This document shows positions 10,485 to 20,006 of a stretch of DNA of 64,000 bases, piece after piece. The stretch's first letter is position 1; each line of letters starts with the position of its first letter. Under the pieces are notes generated by a model. The model did no database searches. It saw only the letters and a program-made list of their open reading frames with translations, and was not told the origin of the DNA. The stretch comes from Chlamydiota bacterium (lineage in GTDB: Bacteria; Chlamydiota; Chlamydiia; Chlamydiales; RGXB01): positions 83,661 through 147,660 of the forward strand of contig VGMF01000003.1 of the NCBI GenBank assembly GCA_016866475.1, written 5' to 3'. A program made the position numbers and the translations under genes.

Positions 10485-10907
10485 CTAAAACTCGTCTTGG
10501 TAAATAGTTTGTTTGCTTGAGGTCTCCTCAGACAAGTGATCCGAGATCATCGATTTAAAAATTACATGCACAACGGATACTGTGTGTCCTGTAAATCGGA
10601 CAATCTGGTCAATAAGCTTATTTTGGATCTCCTCTGCCTTTTCGGGTATGGAGATTCCGTAGGCTATGTTTAGCTCCACTTTGATACTAATAGATTGATT
10701 TTTTGGGTCCTGCTCCACCATGATCCCTTTTGCCCCCAATCCTTCGCGACCTAAAAGATGATCAATAAAATTTCCCTCGATCAAAGCTATTCCATCTATT
10801 CCGGATAAACATTTGATCGTAATAGCCTGAAAAACTCTACTATCGATATCTTTTATAAAGATCGTGTCAGTTGAAGAAGTTTCATTGTTTTGCAGTAGCT
10901 GCGCCAT
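10485..10907 (-). CDS. Asp23/Gls24 family envelope stress protein
   Basis: I...VFQAI..CL..IDGI, GIMVE, ELNIAYGISIPEKAEEIQ..L...I...TG..V..VHV pattern. Confidence 0.85.
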   Translation of the reverse strand: MAQLLQNNETSSTDTIFIKDIDSRVFQAITIKCLSGIDGIALIEGNFIDHLLGREGLGAKGIMVEQDPKNQSISIKVELNIAYGISIPEKAEEIQNKLIDQIVRFTGHTVSVVHVIFKSMISDHLSEETSSKQTIYQDEF

Positions 10908-11040
10908 ACAAACCCTCTCGAATACGTTTTAAACGCAATTATGCAATAAGAAGTTTGAATTTTCCAAGTAAAAATTATTGAAGTGCTATTTGCATAGACA
11001 TTATCTATCGAGCCGCCAGCCTTTTAAAAGGGCTAGAAAC

Positions 11041-11093
11041 AAAAAAACCCTGAAGACGGAACCTTTTTAAAAAAAAGATACAGTCTATTCAGG
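11041..11093 (-). terminator. Probable terminator of the rpmJ-rpsN transcript
   Basis: Minus strand reads CCCTGAA-TAGAC...GTC-TTCAGGG followed by a T7 tract, just after the rpsN stop. Confidence 0.55.
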
Positions 11094-11115
11094 GTCACGT
11101 AAGGTGGGAGTTTTT

Positions 11116-11421
11116 TTACCAGCTCGCTTTCACGATGCCTGGAATCTCACCTTTGGAAGCCATTTCACGGAAAGTGATACGCGAAAGCTTAAATTTGCTG
11201 TAAACGCCTCTGCAGCGACCGGTGAACATGCAACGGTTTTTATAGCGGCAGAATGAGGAGTCTCTTGGCATTTTGCTGAGTTTTACAACTGCAAGAGCTT
11301 TTTCCTCGTCGGAAACGTTCACGCTTTTGATGATTTTACGCAAAGCATCTCTCTTTTCTTTGAGACGGGATGCAATTGCAAAACGACGATCGTTTTTTAC
11401 GATGCTGGATAATCTTGCCAT
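11116..11421 (-). CDS. rpsN: 30S ribosomal protein S14 (long, zinc-independent type)
   Basis: [10 protein letters not shown]..., PRDSS..R..NRC..TGR.RG...KFKLSRI.FREMA..GEIPG..KASW; 101 aa. Confidence 0.97.
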   Translation of the reverse strand: MARLSSIVKNDRRFAIASRLKEKRDALRKIIKSVNVSDEEKALAVVKLSKMPRDSSFCRYKNRCMFTGRCRGVYSKFKLSRITFREMASKGEIPGIVKASW

Positions 11422-11424
11422 AGA

Positions 11425-11565
11425 CTACTTTTTTCTCCTCGATGGGCCCTTTTGACGTTGTTTGCGGTTCGGGTCGAGCTTGTTGATCACATAAAGCCGC
11501 CCTCTTCTTCGAACGAGTTTGTCTCCCGCCTGGGGGTTCGCAACGACTGAAGCGGATACTTTCAT
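11425..11565 (-). CDS. rpmJ: 50S ribosomal protein L36 (cysteine-free type); not in ORF track
   Basis: Translated by hand: [46 protein letters not shown]; ends 3 nt before the rpsN start. Confidence 0.95.
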   Translation of the reverse strand: MKVSASVVANPQAGDKLVRRRGRLYVINKLDPNRKQRQKGPSRRKK

Positions 11566-11595
11566 TTTTGTCCTAAATAGGTTTTACTGTCGATT

Positions 11596-11661
11596 AGCAT
11601 ACCCATTTTAACAATTAAGGACAATCTTTTCCTTGCTCAAAACCCTTGTGCCGGTTAGACT
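11596..11661. promoter_or_regulatory. Back-to-back sigma70(sigma66)-type promoters for rpmJ-rpsN and rpmH-rnpA
   Basis: Minus strand TTGTCC-N17-TATGCT (11624-11596); plus strand TTGCTC-N17-TAGACT (11633-11661). Confidence 0.55.
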
Positions 11662-11707
11662 GGGTGGCATCTTGATTATTTAACCGCCAGAAAGGGACAG
11701 ACCTTTT

Positions 11708-11842
11708 ATGAAAAGAACATTCCAACCAAGTAAGCTGGTTCGCAAAAGACGCCATGGGTTTCGTGCGCGCATGAGCACTCCGTCCGGCCGCAGGATTCTT
11801 GCAAACCGCAGAGCTAAAGGGCGTTACAAATTAGCCGCCTAA
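11708..11842 (+). CDS. rpmH: 50S ribosomal protein L34; not in ORF track
   Basis: Translated by hand: [44 protein letters not shown]. Confidence 0.97.
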   Translation: MKRTFQPSKLVRKRRHGFRARMSTPSGRRILANRRAKGRYKLAA

Positions 11843-12153
11843 AAACGACTGGGGAGTACCGCCTGTTGAGGTCGCACTCCCAATCCCATTATGGCCAATG
11901 GATTATCATCGACCATGCCCACTTCTCCTCAGAGAAAAGTCGTTATGGGATCACAGTAACAAAAAAATTTGGAAAAGCACATGAACGAAATCGATTCAAA
12001 AGAATTGTTCGTGAAGCATTCCGTCTTACCCATCTGCCCTTAGGATTGTGGGTAAATATCCGCCCTTTAAAAAAACCAAAGTCAACTTTAGATATTAAGA
12101 ACGATCTGGATGGCTTCCACACAGCTCAACAAAGAGCAAAAACTGGCGGTTGA
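11830..12153 (+). CDS. rnpA: Ribonuclease P protein component (start uncertain: ATT 11830 or TTG 11866)
   Basis: [31 protein letters not shown] motif; downstream of rpmH; the conserved RLK...EY helix is encoded upstream of the TTG. Confidence 0.9.
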   Translation: MSRLKTTGEYRLLRSHSQSHYGQWIIIDHAHFSSEKSRYGITVTKKFGKAHERNRFKRIVREAFRLTHLPLGLWVNIRPLKKPKSTLDIKNDLDGFHTAQQRAKTGG

Positions 12154-14119
12154 GACAACCGAGGGTAAAGTTTTAGTTTTAGCCGGTGCCGGAAGTGGAA
12201 AAACTTCGGTACTGATTCAAAGAATTGCTTACCTTATTGATCAGAAGGGGATCTTGCCTAGTAAAATTCTTGGCCTGACCTTTACCAATAAGGCCGCTTT
12301 GGAAATGCGTCAGAGGCTTGCCCGCATAGTCGCCCCTAAAGTAGCAAAACAGGTGCAACTCGCAACATTTCACAGTTTTTGTTATCAACTTTTAAGAAAA
12401 GAGATCTACCGCCTTGGGTATACTAAAAATTTTACCCTCGTGGACGAGTCTGAGGCCAAGCGCATTGTTGAACATATTGTTCGGGAAAAACTGGAATTTG
12501 AGGGGCGTCTTCCCTCAATTTCTTCAACATATGAGGCTTTGAAATCCAATCGGATTTCTCGAGATGCCCATCTGACCTCGTCCAGCAAATGGCATGATAA
12601 ACTCCTTACAGACCTGCCCGACCTTTTTCAGCGCCTGATGAAGGCGTACAACACCGTTGATTTTGACGGTCTCATAGAACTCAGCCTCTCCCTTTTCAAA
12701 GAGAACCCCGATCTTTTGGCCGAATACCAGGAAAAGTTTTCCCATATTATGATCGATGAATACCAGGACACCAGCCCCTTACAAGATGAGCTTGCTAAAC
12801 TTTTGGCCCGGGGGAAAAATAATTTATGCGTTGTAGGAGATGACGACCAATCGATTTATGCTTTTCGGGGCGCAAGAGTCGATCAAATCTTACAATTCCC
12901 ATTTGAGACCATAATCAAGTTAGAGCAAAACTACCGATCTACCCCCCGGATTCTGCAAGCGGCGAACAGTGTCATTCAAAATAACAAAACGCGACACAAC
13001 AAAGCCCTTTGGTCTGAAAAGCATCTCGGGGAAGAGATCCATGTATTTGTAAGCGATGATGAGAATACGGAAGCGGATGGGATCGTCCTGCGTATTCTTG
13101 AACTCAAAAAGAAGGGATTACGCTTCAAAGATTTTGCTATTCTCTACCGCTCGAATGTCTTGTCCAGGCCTATTGAACTCGCTTTTATGCGTGCACGCTA
13201 CAAAGATGCCGATGGTGCCACCGTCTGCTCTATACCCTACCACATTGTGCAAGGGACCGAATTTTATGAACGTAGAGAAGTTAAAGACCTTTTAGCTTAC
13301 ATGCGTGTTCTTTGTAACGATATGGATGAAACCGCTCTTTTACGAATTATCAATACACCAAGAAGGGGGATCTCTCATGAATCGCTTGAAAAGATCACCT
13401 CCTACCAGAGGAAAAACCAGCTCCCTTTGATCCATGTACTGAAAAAAATAAAAAAGGGGGAAGATCTCGGCATCCATCTTACCGTAAAAGCTCTTGAAGG
13501 GGTATCGCTTTTTATCGATTTGATAGAAAATGGATGCGAGCGGCTTAAAAACGGGGCCAGTCCCTATCAGGTAATGCTCGATCTGACCGAAAAAATCGAG
13601 TATAAGAAGATGATCTTGAACGAGGTGAAAACCGAAAAAGCAGAAAATTTCAAAATAGAAAACGTGGGCGAAACTTTAAAGATGATAGAGCGCTACGAGG
13701 AGTCCTTTGAGCCGAGCGAAGAGCATCCGCAACCCACGCTTTCGGATTTTCTTGCAAATTCCCATCTTGACCAGGATGGATTACAGCGCATCGATGCTGG
13801 CGACGAGATGGACAAAGTGCAGCTGCTCACTTTTCATAGTGCAAAAGGGCTCGAATTTAAAGCCTGCTTCCTCATAGGACTTGAGGATCACATCCTTCCC
13901 CATGAAAAAAGCCTGGCGGAAGGGGGGCTAGAGGAGGAACGCCGCCTTTTTTACGTAGCCATAACAAGGGCTATGCAATATTTGACCTTATCTATGGCCA
14001 CCTCCAGAAAAAAAATGGGGCAAACGATCGCTACAACCCCCTCAAGGTTCCTCCACGAAATCGAACCGAAAAATCTTAAGCCTTCGACCTGGAAACATCC
14101 TGCTTTGTACATCGATTGA
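12110..14119 (+). CDS. UvrD/PcrA/Rep family ATP-dependent DNA helicase
   Basis: LNKEQ, VLAGAGSGKT, LTFTNKAA, IDEYQDT, VGDDDQSIY.FRGA, LEQNYRS, TFHSAKGLEF, EERRLFYVAITRA. Confidence 0.95.
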   Translation: MASTQLNKEQKLAVETTEGKVLVLAGAGSGKTSVLIQRIAYLIDQKGILPSKILGLTFTNKAALEMRQRLARIVAPKVAKQVQLATFHSFCYQLLRKEIYRLGYTKNFTLVDESEAKRIVEHIVREKLEFEGRLPSISSTYEALKSNRISRDAHLTSSSKWHDKLLTDLPDLFQRLMKAYNTVDFDGLIELSLSLFKENPDLLAEYQEKFSHIMIDEYQDTSPLQDELAKLLARGKNNLCVVGDDDQSIYAFRGARVDQILQFPFETIIKLEQNYRSTPRILQAANSVIQNNKTRHNKALWSEKHLGEEIHVFVSDDENTEADGIVLRILELKKKGLRFKDFAILYRSNVLSRPIELAFMRARYKDADGATVCSIPYHIVQGTEFYERREVKDLLAYMRVLCNDMDETALLRIINTPRRGISHESLEKITSYQRKNQLPLIHVLKKIKKGEDLGIHLTVKALEGVSLFIDLIENGCERLKNGASPYQVMLDLTEKIEYKKMILNEVKTEKAENFKIENVGETLKMIERYEESFEPSEEHPQPTLSDFLANSHLDQDGLQRIDAGDEMDKVQLLTFHSAKGLEFKACFLIGLEDHILPHEKSLAEGGLEEERRLFYVAITRAMQYLTLSMATSRKKMGQTIATTPSRFLHEIEPKNLKPSTWKHPALYID

Positions 14120-14190
14120 GCGAGTTGTGCTCTTTGCTAATAGATAGGGGTGAGTTTTCTAGAACAAACAATCTTGGGTTTTTATAGCCT

Positions 14191-15015
14191 CTATCGAGAC
14201 TTCCACCAATTTCCGCCAAAACCAATTCTTAGAGATTTTTTCGTAACGGTCTGTAATTTTTTATTTCTACCGGTGGCACGAATTTTAGCGGCTGAGCCTT
14301 TAGGGTATTTTTCCCAGCGAATCTCAAATTCGGGGCTTTTTTTGGATTCGGGCTGGTTGAATTTGAGTTCCTCTTTCTTCGGATCTTGGATCCACTGATA
14401 AGCCGGATTGGCAGTTGATGCAACAAAACCGTCCCCTTCAGGCAGCTGCCCCCGACTGGATCCTGTTTCAATTCTGGTCTTTCTCCCGCGAACGTACTTT
14501 TGGGATTTGCGGATCGGATTTTCTGTTTCGCTCTCAGATTTTTTACTTTCAGAGGAGCTCCACAATCCACCGCTTCCTATCTGCACCTTTTCAGATTCGA
14601 TCTCGAGGAATTTGTCTCTTAAACGTTTGGCGTAATCGCGTGGACTCAAGTCTCTATAACCCGATTCCCTAAAAAGCTTTTCGGTACGGGGATCATAAAT
14701 CACTACAGTTGGGTAACGACCTACTCCAAATCTCTTTTTATACGTCATCTCATTCTTTCTTTTTCCGATATCGCGCGGAAAATCGACCTCGAGAATGATA
14801 AAATCATTTTCTACATTCCTTAGGAAATCCCGTTTGGAGAGAATTTTTTTCTTCATCTCTTCGCACCAATGGCACCAGCCAGAACCCATAAAGAAAATCA
14901 TTAAAGGCTTGTTTTCCCGCATTGCCCTCTGTTCAGCGACCTCAAATGGTTCTATATTGGCAAATAACGCTCGAGTGCAGGCAAATAAAAGAAATAATCC
15001 AGTTTTAATACGCAT
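14191..15015 (-). CDS. Exported thioredoxin-fold (DsbH-like) protein with long basic C-terminal extension
   Basis: Signal peptide MRIKTGLFLLFACTRALFA; KP...FF.GSGWCHWC, EVDFP, F.V.RYPT, GY. ATG 15015 preferred over TTG 15048. Confidence 0.8.
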   Translation of the reverse strand: MRIKTGLFLLFACTRALFANIEPFEVAEQRAMRENKPLMIFFMGSGWCHWCEEMKKKILSKRDFLRNVENDFIILEVDFPRDIGKRKNEMTYKKRFGVGRYPTVVIYDPRTEKLFRESGYRDLSPRDYAKRLRDKFLEIESEKVQIGSGGLWSSSESKKSESETENPIRKSQKYVRGRKTRIETGSSRGQLPEGDGFVASTANPAYQWIQDPKKEELKFNQPESKKSPEFEIRWEKYPKGSAAKIRATGRNKKLQTVTKKSLRIGFGGNWWKSR

Positions 15016-15171
15016 GTTTTCCTTACACTTGGAGCCCCAATTGAGCAACAGGATCTTGGTGTCAAGATGAGGATTCTACCTAGTTGTTTCTTTGCCAGAT
15101 TTTGCAATTAACTGGCAAACAGGATTGTATAGTTAGACCTTAGAAAACAATACAAATCTCACATTTAGACC

Positions 15172-16389
15172 TTAGGAAAGGTTAGAGATTATTAGTTTTA
15201 TTTCCACGTACATAAGCGTAATAGTGAATATCAGCAGCATCAATAATGATAGCCAGTGGGTCAACAGTTTCGATTGTGTAGGCATCCCCCTGAGGAATCT
15301 TCCTTTGAAGATAGCAAGTAAAGGGAAGATAGCAAATAACAGACTGCACATAACTCCCCCAAAAAGATTCAAAAGGAACAAAAATCCGTTAGGATTGATC
15401 AAGGCGGCCAAGGTTGGGGGCAAAAATGTCAAAATAACAAGTCCAAATCGATTAACGGCACGTCCCGTCCCATTCAAGGCATCAGCAAAAAAATCGGACA
15501 AACTCAAACACGTGCCCAATAGGGAGGTCGTATATCCAAAAAAGGCAAACCAGGTCCCCAGGATTATAATTGGGGAACCAGGGAGAAGGAAGCTGAGCGG
15601 TTCGATGAGGGATTGCCCTAAAAGCTTAGCCTCCCCGAGACTTTCGGGGCCATGCATAGGGACGATACCTTTAATCAGCAGATCCCACAAAATGTAGGCA
15701 ATCAGAGGAACAGTTGTCCCAATCAGGATACATAACCTTGTCTTTTTATAGTCTCGCTCCAGAAAATAGTAGATGCTTGGGATAAGCCCCTGATAGCAAA
15801 AAGCGATAAAAACGATAGGTAACCCGGACAATAATTGTCCTAAGGTACCGGAAAAAAGATAACTTAGGTGAAACTCTTGAAACCCTACCCATAAAAATCC
15901 GATAAAAGTCGTCAATGTACCTAAAACAATGTGAAGATTCACGCGACAGATGCCCTTTAACCCGATATGTAAGATGTGGCCGATAATGATCGAAACGATA
16001 ACAGGGGGAAGCCAAAAGGGAAAAATCGGAGGGAGCGCATTTTGAATAATCGAGCTGGCCCCAGAAATGGCTAACGTCATGAAAAAATAAAATAAAAAAA
16101 TGTATAATAACGCTACGATTGCGCAGGCAACCCAGCCTAATAATTCTTTAGAAATGGAGACAAAATGGGAGCCTGTATCCATCCACGTCAAGACCTCAAG
16201 CAAGACAAGGCCGATCCATACCGAAAAAATCCAGCAAGTGACATATAAGGAGATCGATCCCCACACCCCTGTATGTGCGGTAACAATAGGAAAAGTAACC
16301 ATCCCTGCCCCAATTACAGTACCGCAAATCAATAAAATGGCGTGCACCAGGGGCACCCAATTCTGCATCGTCTTTACTAAATTCTTCAT
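15172..16389 (-). CDS. Aromatic amino acid permease (TyrP/Mtr, HAAAP family)
   Basis: LLICGTVIGAGM, LPIVFIAFCYQGLIPS, TTSLLG..L.L.DFFAD; about 11 TM segments. Start at 16389 or 16368. Confidence 0.88.
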   Translation of the reverse strand: MKNLVKTMQNWVPLVHAILLICGTVIGAGMVTFPIVTAHTGVWGSISLYVTCWIFSVWIGLVLLEVLTWMDTGSHFVSISKELLGWVACAIVALLYIFLFYFFMTLAISGASSIIQNALPPIFPFWLPPVIVSIIIGHILHIGLKGICRVNLHIVLGTLTTFIGFLWVGFQEFHLSYLFSGTLGQLLSGLPIVFIAFCYQGLIPSIYYFLERDYKKTRLCILIGTTVPLIAYILWDLLIKGIVPMHGPESLGEAKLLGQSLIEPLSFLLPGSPIIILGTWFAFFGYTTSLLGTCLSLSDFFADALNGTGRAVNRFGLVILTFLPPTLAALINPNGFLFLLNLFGGVMCSLLFAIFPLLAIFKGRFLRGMPTQSKLLTHWLSLLMLLIFTITLMYVEIKLIISNLS

Positions 16390-16419
16390 TCGGGTTATCC
16401 TAAACGATGAGTAAATCCT

Positions 16420-17646
16420 GTGCAAGTGGGGTTTGAGGATTTTTTATCTATTTTTTGGGGAAAAACCCGGCATAAAGTGAAACAGGTCTACACAAAAGAA
16501 CATCACAACATTCCAATAGAAGGTGTCGATAAAGACGCCCTCTATGTTATAAAAAAACTTCAAAATGCAGGGCATACCGCCTATTTAGTGGGTGGATCGG
16601 TGCGAGATCTTCTTATGGGGGTAAGCCCCAAAGATTTTGACGTCTCCACCTCTGCCCGCCCTGAAGAGATCAGAGGGATTTTCAAAAATTGCTATATTAT
16701 AGGGCGCCGTTTCCGCTTGGCCCATATCCGCTTTGACGAAAAAATTATTGAAGTTTCCACATTTCGCAGCGGTGACCCCGAAACGGAGGATTTGATTGTT
16801 AGAGACAACGAATTCGGATCCCCCGAAGAAGACGCCCTACGACGCGATTTTACCATCAACGGGCTCTATTACGACCCCTCCACGGAAACTGTTATAGACT
16901 ATGTCGAGGGATTTGAGGACGCAAATAAAAGATTTTTAAGAGCCATCGGCACCCCCCATGTCAGATTTAAACAAGATCCGGTCCGGATGATCCGGCTTAT
17001 AAAATTTCAGGCACGATTCAATTTAAATGTCTGCCCACAAGCCCACCGGGCGCTGCTCGACTGCAAGGAAGAAATTTTGAAAAGCTCACCGGCACGAGTT
17101 TTAGAAGAATTGCTTCGGATGCTTGAATCGGGGTTTTCCTACCCTTTTTTCAAACAGCTTTGCGACGGGGGGATGATGCAACATCTTATTCCCACTCTTT
17201 CTGCCTACTGTGAATTGGCCGAGAAGAATGTGGTTTTTGAGCTGCTTGAAATCGCCGATTCCGTCCACAAAAAGTCCCGTTCCCGATTCGATCGGATTGT
17301 ACTTTTGGCAATTCTTGTCTTCCCTATATTCGAGAGACATATCCACATTTTGCAAAAAGGGGGGTCCCCTTTTCATCTTGGAAGAATTGAGAATGAGGCC
17401 TATTTCATCATTGAGGAATTCTTTTCTCCTTTTTTGGAAATCCCTAAAAGAATTGTCGGCACTCTAGCCATGGTGCTTACCGGGCAGTTTCGTATACGCC
17501 CACAGACTGGTAAATCGGTTCGTATCAGGTTGCCTCGTATCCCCGACTTTTCTCTTGCAGTAGACTTTTTGTATCTGGAAAGCCTCTACAACCCGCAACT
17601 CCGATCCATCTACGAACCATGGAAAAAGGCTTTGAAGAAATCTTAA
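16420..17646 (+). CDS. pcnB: Poly(A) polymerase I
   Basis: AYLVGGSVRDLL...PKDFD, PAP signature IIGRRFRLAHI, EEDALRRDFTIN, DPVRMIR. Start could be GTG 16420 or 16477. Confidence 0.92.
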   Translation: MQVGFEDFLSIFWGKTRHKVKQVYTKEHHNIPIEGVDKDALYVIKKLQNAGHTAYLVGGSVRDLLMGVSPKDFDVSTSARPEEIRGIFKNCYIIGRRFRLAHIRFDEKIIEVSTFRSGDPETEDLIVRDNEFGSPEEDALRRDFTINGLYYDPSTETVIDYVEGFEDANKRFLRAIGTPHVRFKQDPVRMIRLIKFQARFNLNVCPQAHRALLDCKEEILKSSPARVLEELLRMLESGFSYPFFKQLCDGGMMQHLIPTLSAYCELAEKNVVFELLEIADSVHKKSRSRFDRIVLLAILVFPIFERHIHILQKGGSPFHLGRIENEAYFIIEEFFSPFLEIPKRIVGTLAMVLTGQFRIRPQTGKSVRIRLPRIPDFSLAVDFLYLESLYNPQLRSIYEPWKKALKKS

Positions 17647-17647
17647 A

Positions 17648-18370
17648 ATGTTTAAGCATCAAATTCTAGAGCCCCAAATGACACTGCCGGGGCGACCTTT
17701 GGTCATCCTTTTTACTACAACGGCAAAAGAGGCTCTTGAAGTCCCGCCCCTTTGTCATCCTGCAAATTTTTTATTTGAGATGGGTATCAGAGTTCTTTCC
17801 TTCGACCTTCCACTCCATCATGACGAAATCCCTTCGTTCGGGGGGGTCAAAAGATGGACCCATGAGATGCAAAAAAACGCTAATGACCTACTGCTACCTT
17901 TTTTAAAAGAAGTTTCGGAATGGATGGATCAAAATCTTGACCCCTCTTCTCCCCTAGGCATTATGGGCATTTCGCGAGGAGGGCTTATCGCTGCCCTTTT
18001 GGCATCTATTAGAAAAAGGCCGGTCCCGTTGACCCTTTTTTCTCCAATGCTAGACTTGGACTACCCTTGGCTATGGGACGCATCCCAAAGCTTGCCCCCC
18101 TCTCTAGATTCCTATAGACTAAAGAATCACTCCCACTTTCTAAAAGATTGCCCTATTTACTTTTCCATAGGAAACAACGATGAGAGGGTTTACACCAAAA
18201 AATTACTCGATCTTTACAAGCTTATAGTTGAAGAAAAAGCTAGAGAGCAAACTAGAAATATCTTGCTGGAGCTCCACGTCTTCCCCTCTATCGGTATGTA
18301 TGGCCACGGAACCCCCGATCGGATTTTTAAAGAAGGGACAAAATGGATGAAAGAACAATTAACGGTTTGA
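17648..18370 (+). CDS. Alpha/beta-hydrolase fold protein
   Basis: VLSFDLP.H, GISRGG nucleophile elbow, G.ND.RV (acid), GHGTP (His). Confidence 0.75.
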   Translation: MFKHQILEPQMTLPGRPLVILFTTTAKEALEVPPLCHPANFLFEMGIRVLSFDLPLHHDEIPSFGGVKRWTHEMQKNANDLLLPFLKEVSEWMDQNLDPSSPLGIMGISRGGLIAALLASIRKRPVPLTLFSPMLDLDYPWLWDASQSLPPSLDSYRLKNHSHFLKDCPIYFSIGNNDERVYTKKLLDLYKLIVEEKAREQTRNILLELHVFPSIGMYGHGTPDRIFKEGTKWMKEQLTV

Positions 18371-19464
18371 GACCTTTGAGGGTATTCGCACTGACAACAG
18401 AACAAAGTGCCGAAGCCATTTTGAAAAAAGTCCTTGAGCCTCTGCGATCCGAGTTTAGCGATATTTATGTAGAAGGGGTCGTATCCAGAGAATTCCCTAA
18501 ATCTGAAATCAAACCTTTTTTATCGTCCGACAGCCTAAAAATCATGGGGCTTATCGATGTCATTCTCTCCTTGCCCCGCATTTTGAACATCCAAAACAAA
18601 ATCAAAAAAAGGATTTTGGAAGGGGATTTTGACATCGTTCTGACAGTCGACTCCTCCTCGTTCCATCTTCCGCTAGTAGAGAGCCTAAAAAAAGCAGGAT
18701 GCACTGCAAAATTTGTCCATGCCGTCTGCCCCCCTATATGGGCCTATAGGCCTAAAAGAAAGCCCCGCATAGCGAGAACTTTTGATCTGCTACTCCCTTT
18801 GTTTAAATTTGAGGCCCCCCTTTTTAACGACACCCCCCTCGCCTCTTTTTGGATCGGCCATCCTTTTCAAGATTATGCACCGGTAAAAAAGGGAGAAGAG
18901 GAAACCATACTACTGATTTTCCCCGGATCCAGAGAAAAGGTTATCAAACGGAATCTGCCTCTACAATTAGCCGCTGCGAGGCAATTTCCTTACAAAATCA
19001 TGATCAGCGTCTCCTCTTTGTCTTCAAAAAAACTCATAGAAAAGATAGCCCCCTCGACAGCTACATTTGAAAAAATTCCCCCTATCGAGATCTTAAGGCA
19101 AACCAAAATTGCCCTCGCGACCTCCGGGACGATCACACTTGAGCTAGCTCTTTTGGGAATCAAGACCGTAGTCACCTACAAAATCCCCCTGATTGACGCC
19201 ATTGCAGCGAAACTTGCCAAAATGAATGTCCCCTTCTTTGCCCTGCCCAATCTTTTAGCAAAAAAAGAGATCTATATCGAATTAATCCATCCCTTCCTTA
19301 CCAAAAAAAAATTAGTGGATGCCATACGCACCACCTTGGATCAAAAAAAACCGATCCCCGTAGACCTGTTGCGGGCGCAAATAAAGACAGAGCACACCGG
19401 TAAAGAACTTGTTAATAAAATAATTGAAAACACCCCCTTTATGAGACACTCTACAAGGAGCTAG
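18343..19464 (+). CDS. lpxB: Lipid-A-disaccharide synthase (divergent)
   Basis: L.IMGL.DV, VCPPIWAYR, GHP, FPGSR, SGTITLELALLG, LPNLLA...Y.EL. Confidence 0.85.
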   Translation: MDERTINGLRPLRVFALTTEQSAEAILKKVLEPLRSEFSDIYVEGVVSREFPKSEIKPFLSSDSLKIMGLIDVILSLPRILNIQNKIKKRILEGDFDIVLTVDSSSFHLPLVESLKKAGCTAKFVHAVCPPIWAYRPKRKPRIARTFDLLLPLFKFEAPLFNDTPLASFWIGHPFQDYAPVKKGEEETILLIFPGSREKVIKRNLPLQLAAARQFPYKIMISVSSLSSKKLIEKIAPSTATFEKIPPIEILRQTKIALATSGTITLELALLGIKTVVTYKIPLIDAIAAKLAKMNVPFFALPNLLAKKEIYIELIHPFLTKKKLVDAIRTTLDQKKPIPVDLLRAQIKTEHTGKELVNKIIENTPFMRHSTRS

Positions 19465-19540
19465 AACACTAAACTAAAGTTCTTAAGATCTTATCTTTCA
19501 TTTTATGTTTAGACCCGCTATACTGTGGCTACAGGTTTTT

Positions 19541-19990
19541 ATGTCCTCAGAACAGGTTCTAATCGATTTAAGAAATCTCGAAGGTGGAGAGCAGTGTACA
19601 TTAAAAGGGGTACTGCTAGCCGCGAGCCTTTCGTTAGATCCCTCTGAGACAAAACAATTTAGCGTTATCGATTACGAGCTAGAGCTCCAGATAGTAGGTG
19701 AATCTCTTATTGTCCGAGCAGATATTAGGGGCGAAAAAAAGCTCCCGTGCAAAATTTGCAACCAAACACTTCATTGCCCCATTGAGGTCAGTCGGGCGAG
19801 TGAGGTGGTATCGCTTGATGGCATTAAGGGCTATAAAATGGATCTTACTACCATAATCCGCAACCTCTTCCTTATGGAAGCGCCGGAAGTTGTCGAGTGT
19901 AACAGTGGCTCTTGTATCGAACGCGGTGAAGTAGAAAATTTTTTAAAGCGAAAAAGGCTATCCTCGTCCCCTTTCGATAGCCTAACATAA
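19541..19990 (+). CDS. YceD/DUF177 family protein
   Basis: Position upstream of rpmF; CKIC and MDLT..IR..FLME.P...C pattern. Start at 19505 or 19541. Confidence 0.8.
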   Translation: MSSEQVLIDLRNLEGGEQCTLKGVLLAASLSLDPSETKQFSVIDYELELQIVGESLIVRADIRGEKKLPCKICNQTLHCPIEVSRASEVVSLDGIKGYKMDLTTIIRNLFLMEAPEVVECNSGSCIERGEVENFLKRKRLSSSPFDSLT

Positions 19991-20006
19991 AGTTTTGGAG
20001 TATACC

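Noticed and set aside
14274-14289. TGGCACGAATTTTAGC resembling a sigma54 -24/-12 promoter
   Set aside because: The -12 element is imperfect and mis-spaced, the site is inside a CDS, and no plus-strand gene follows.
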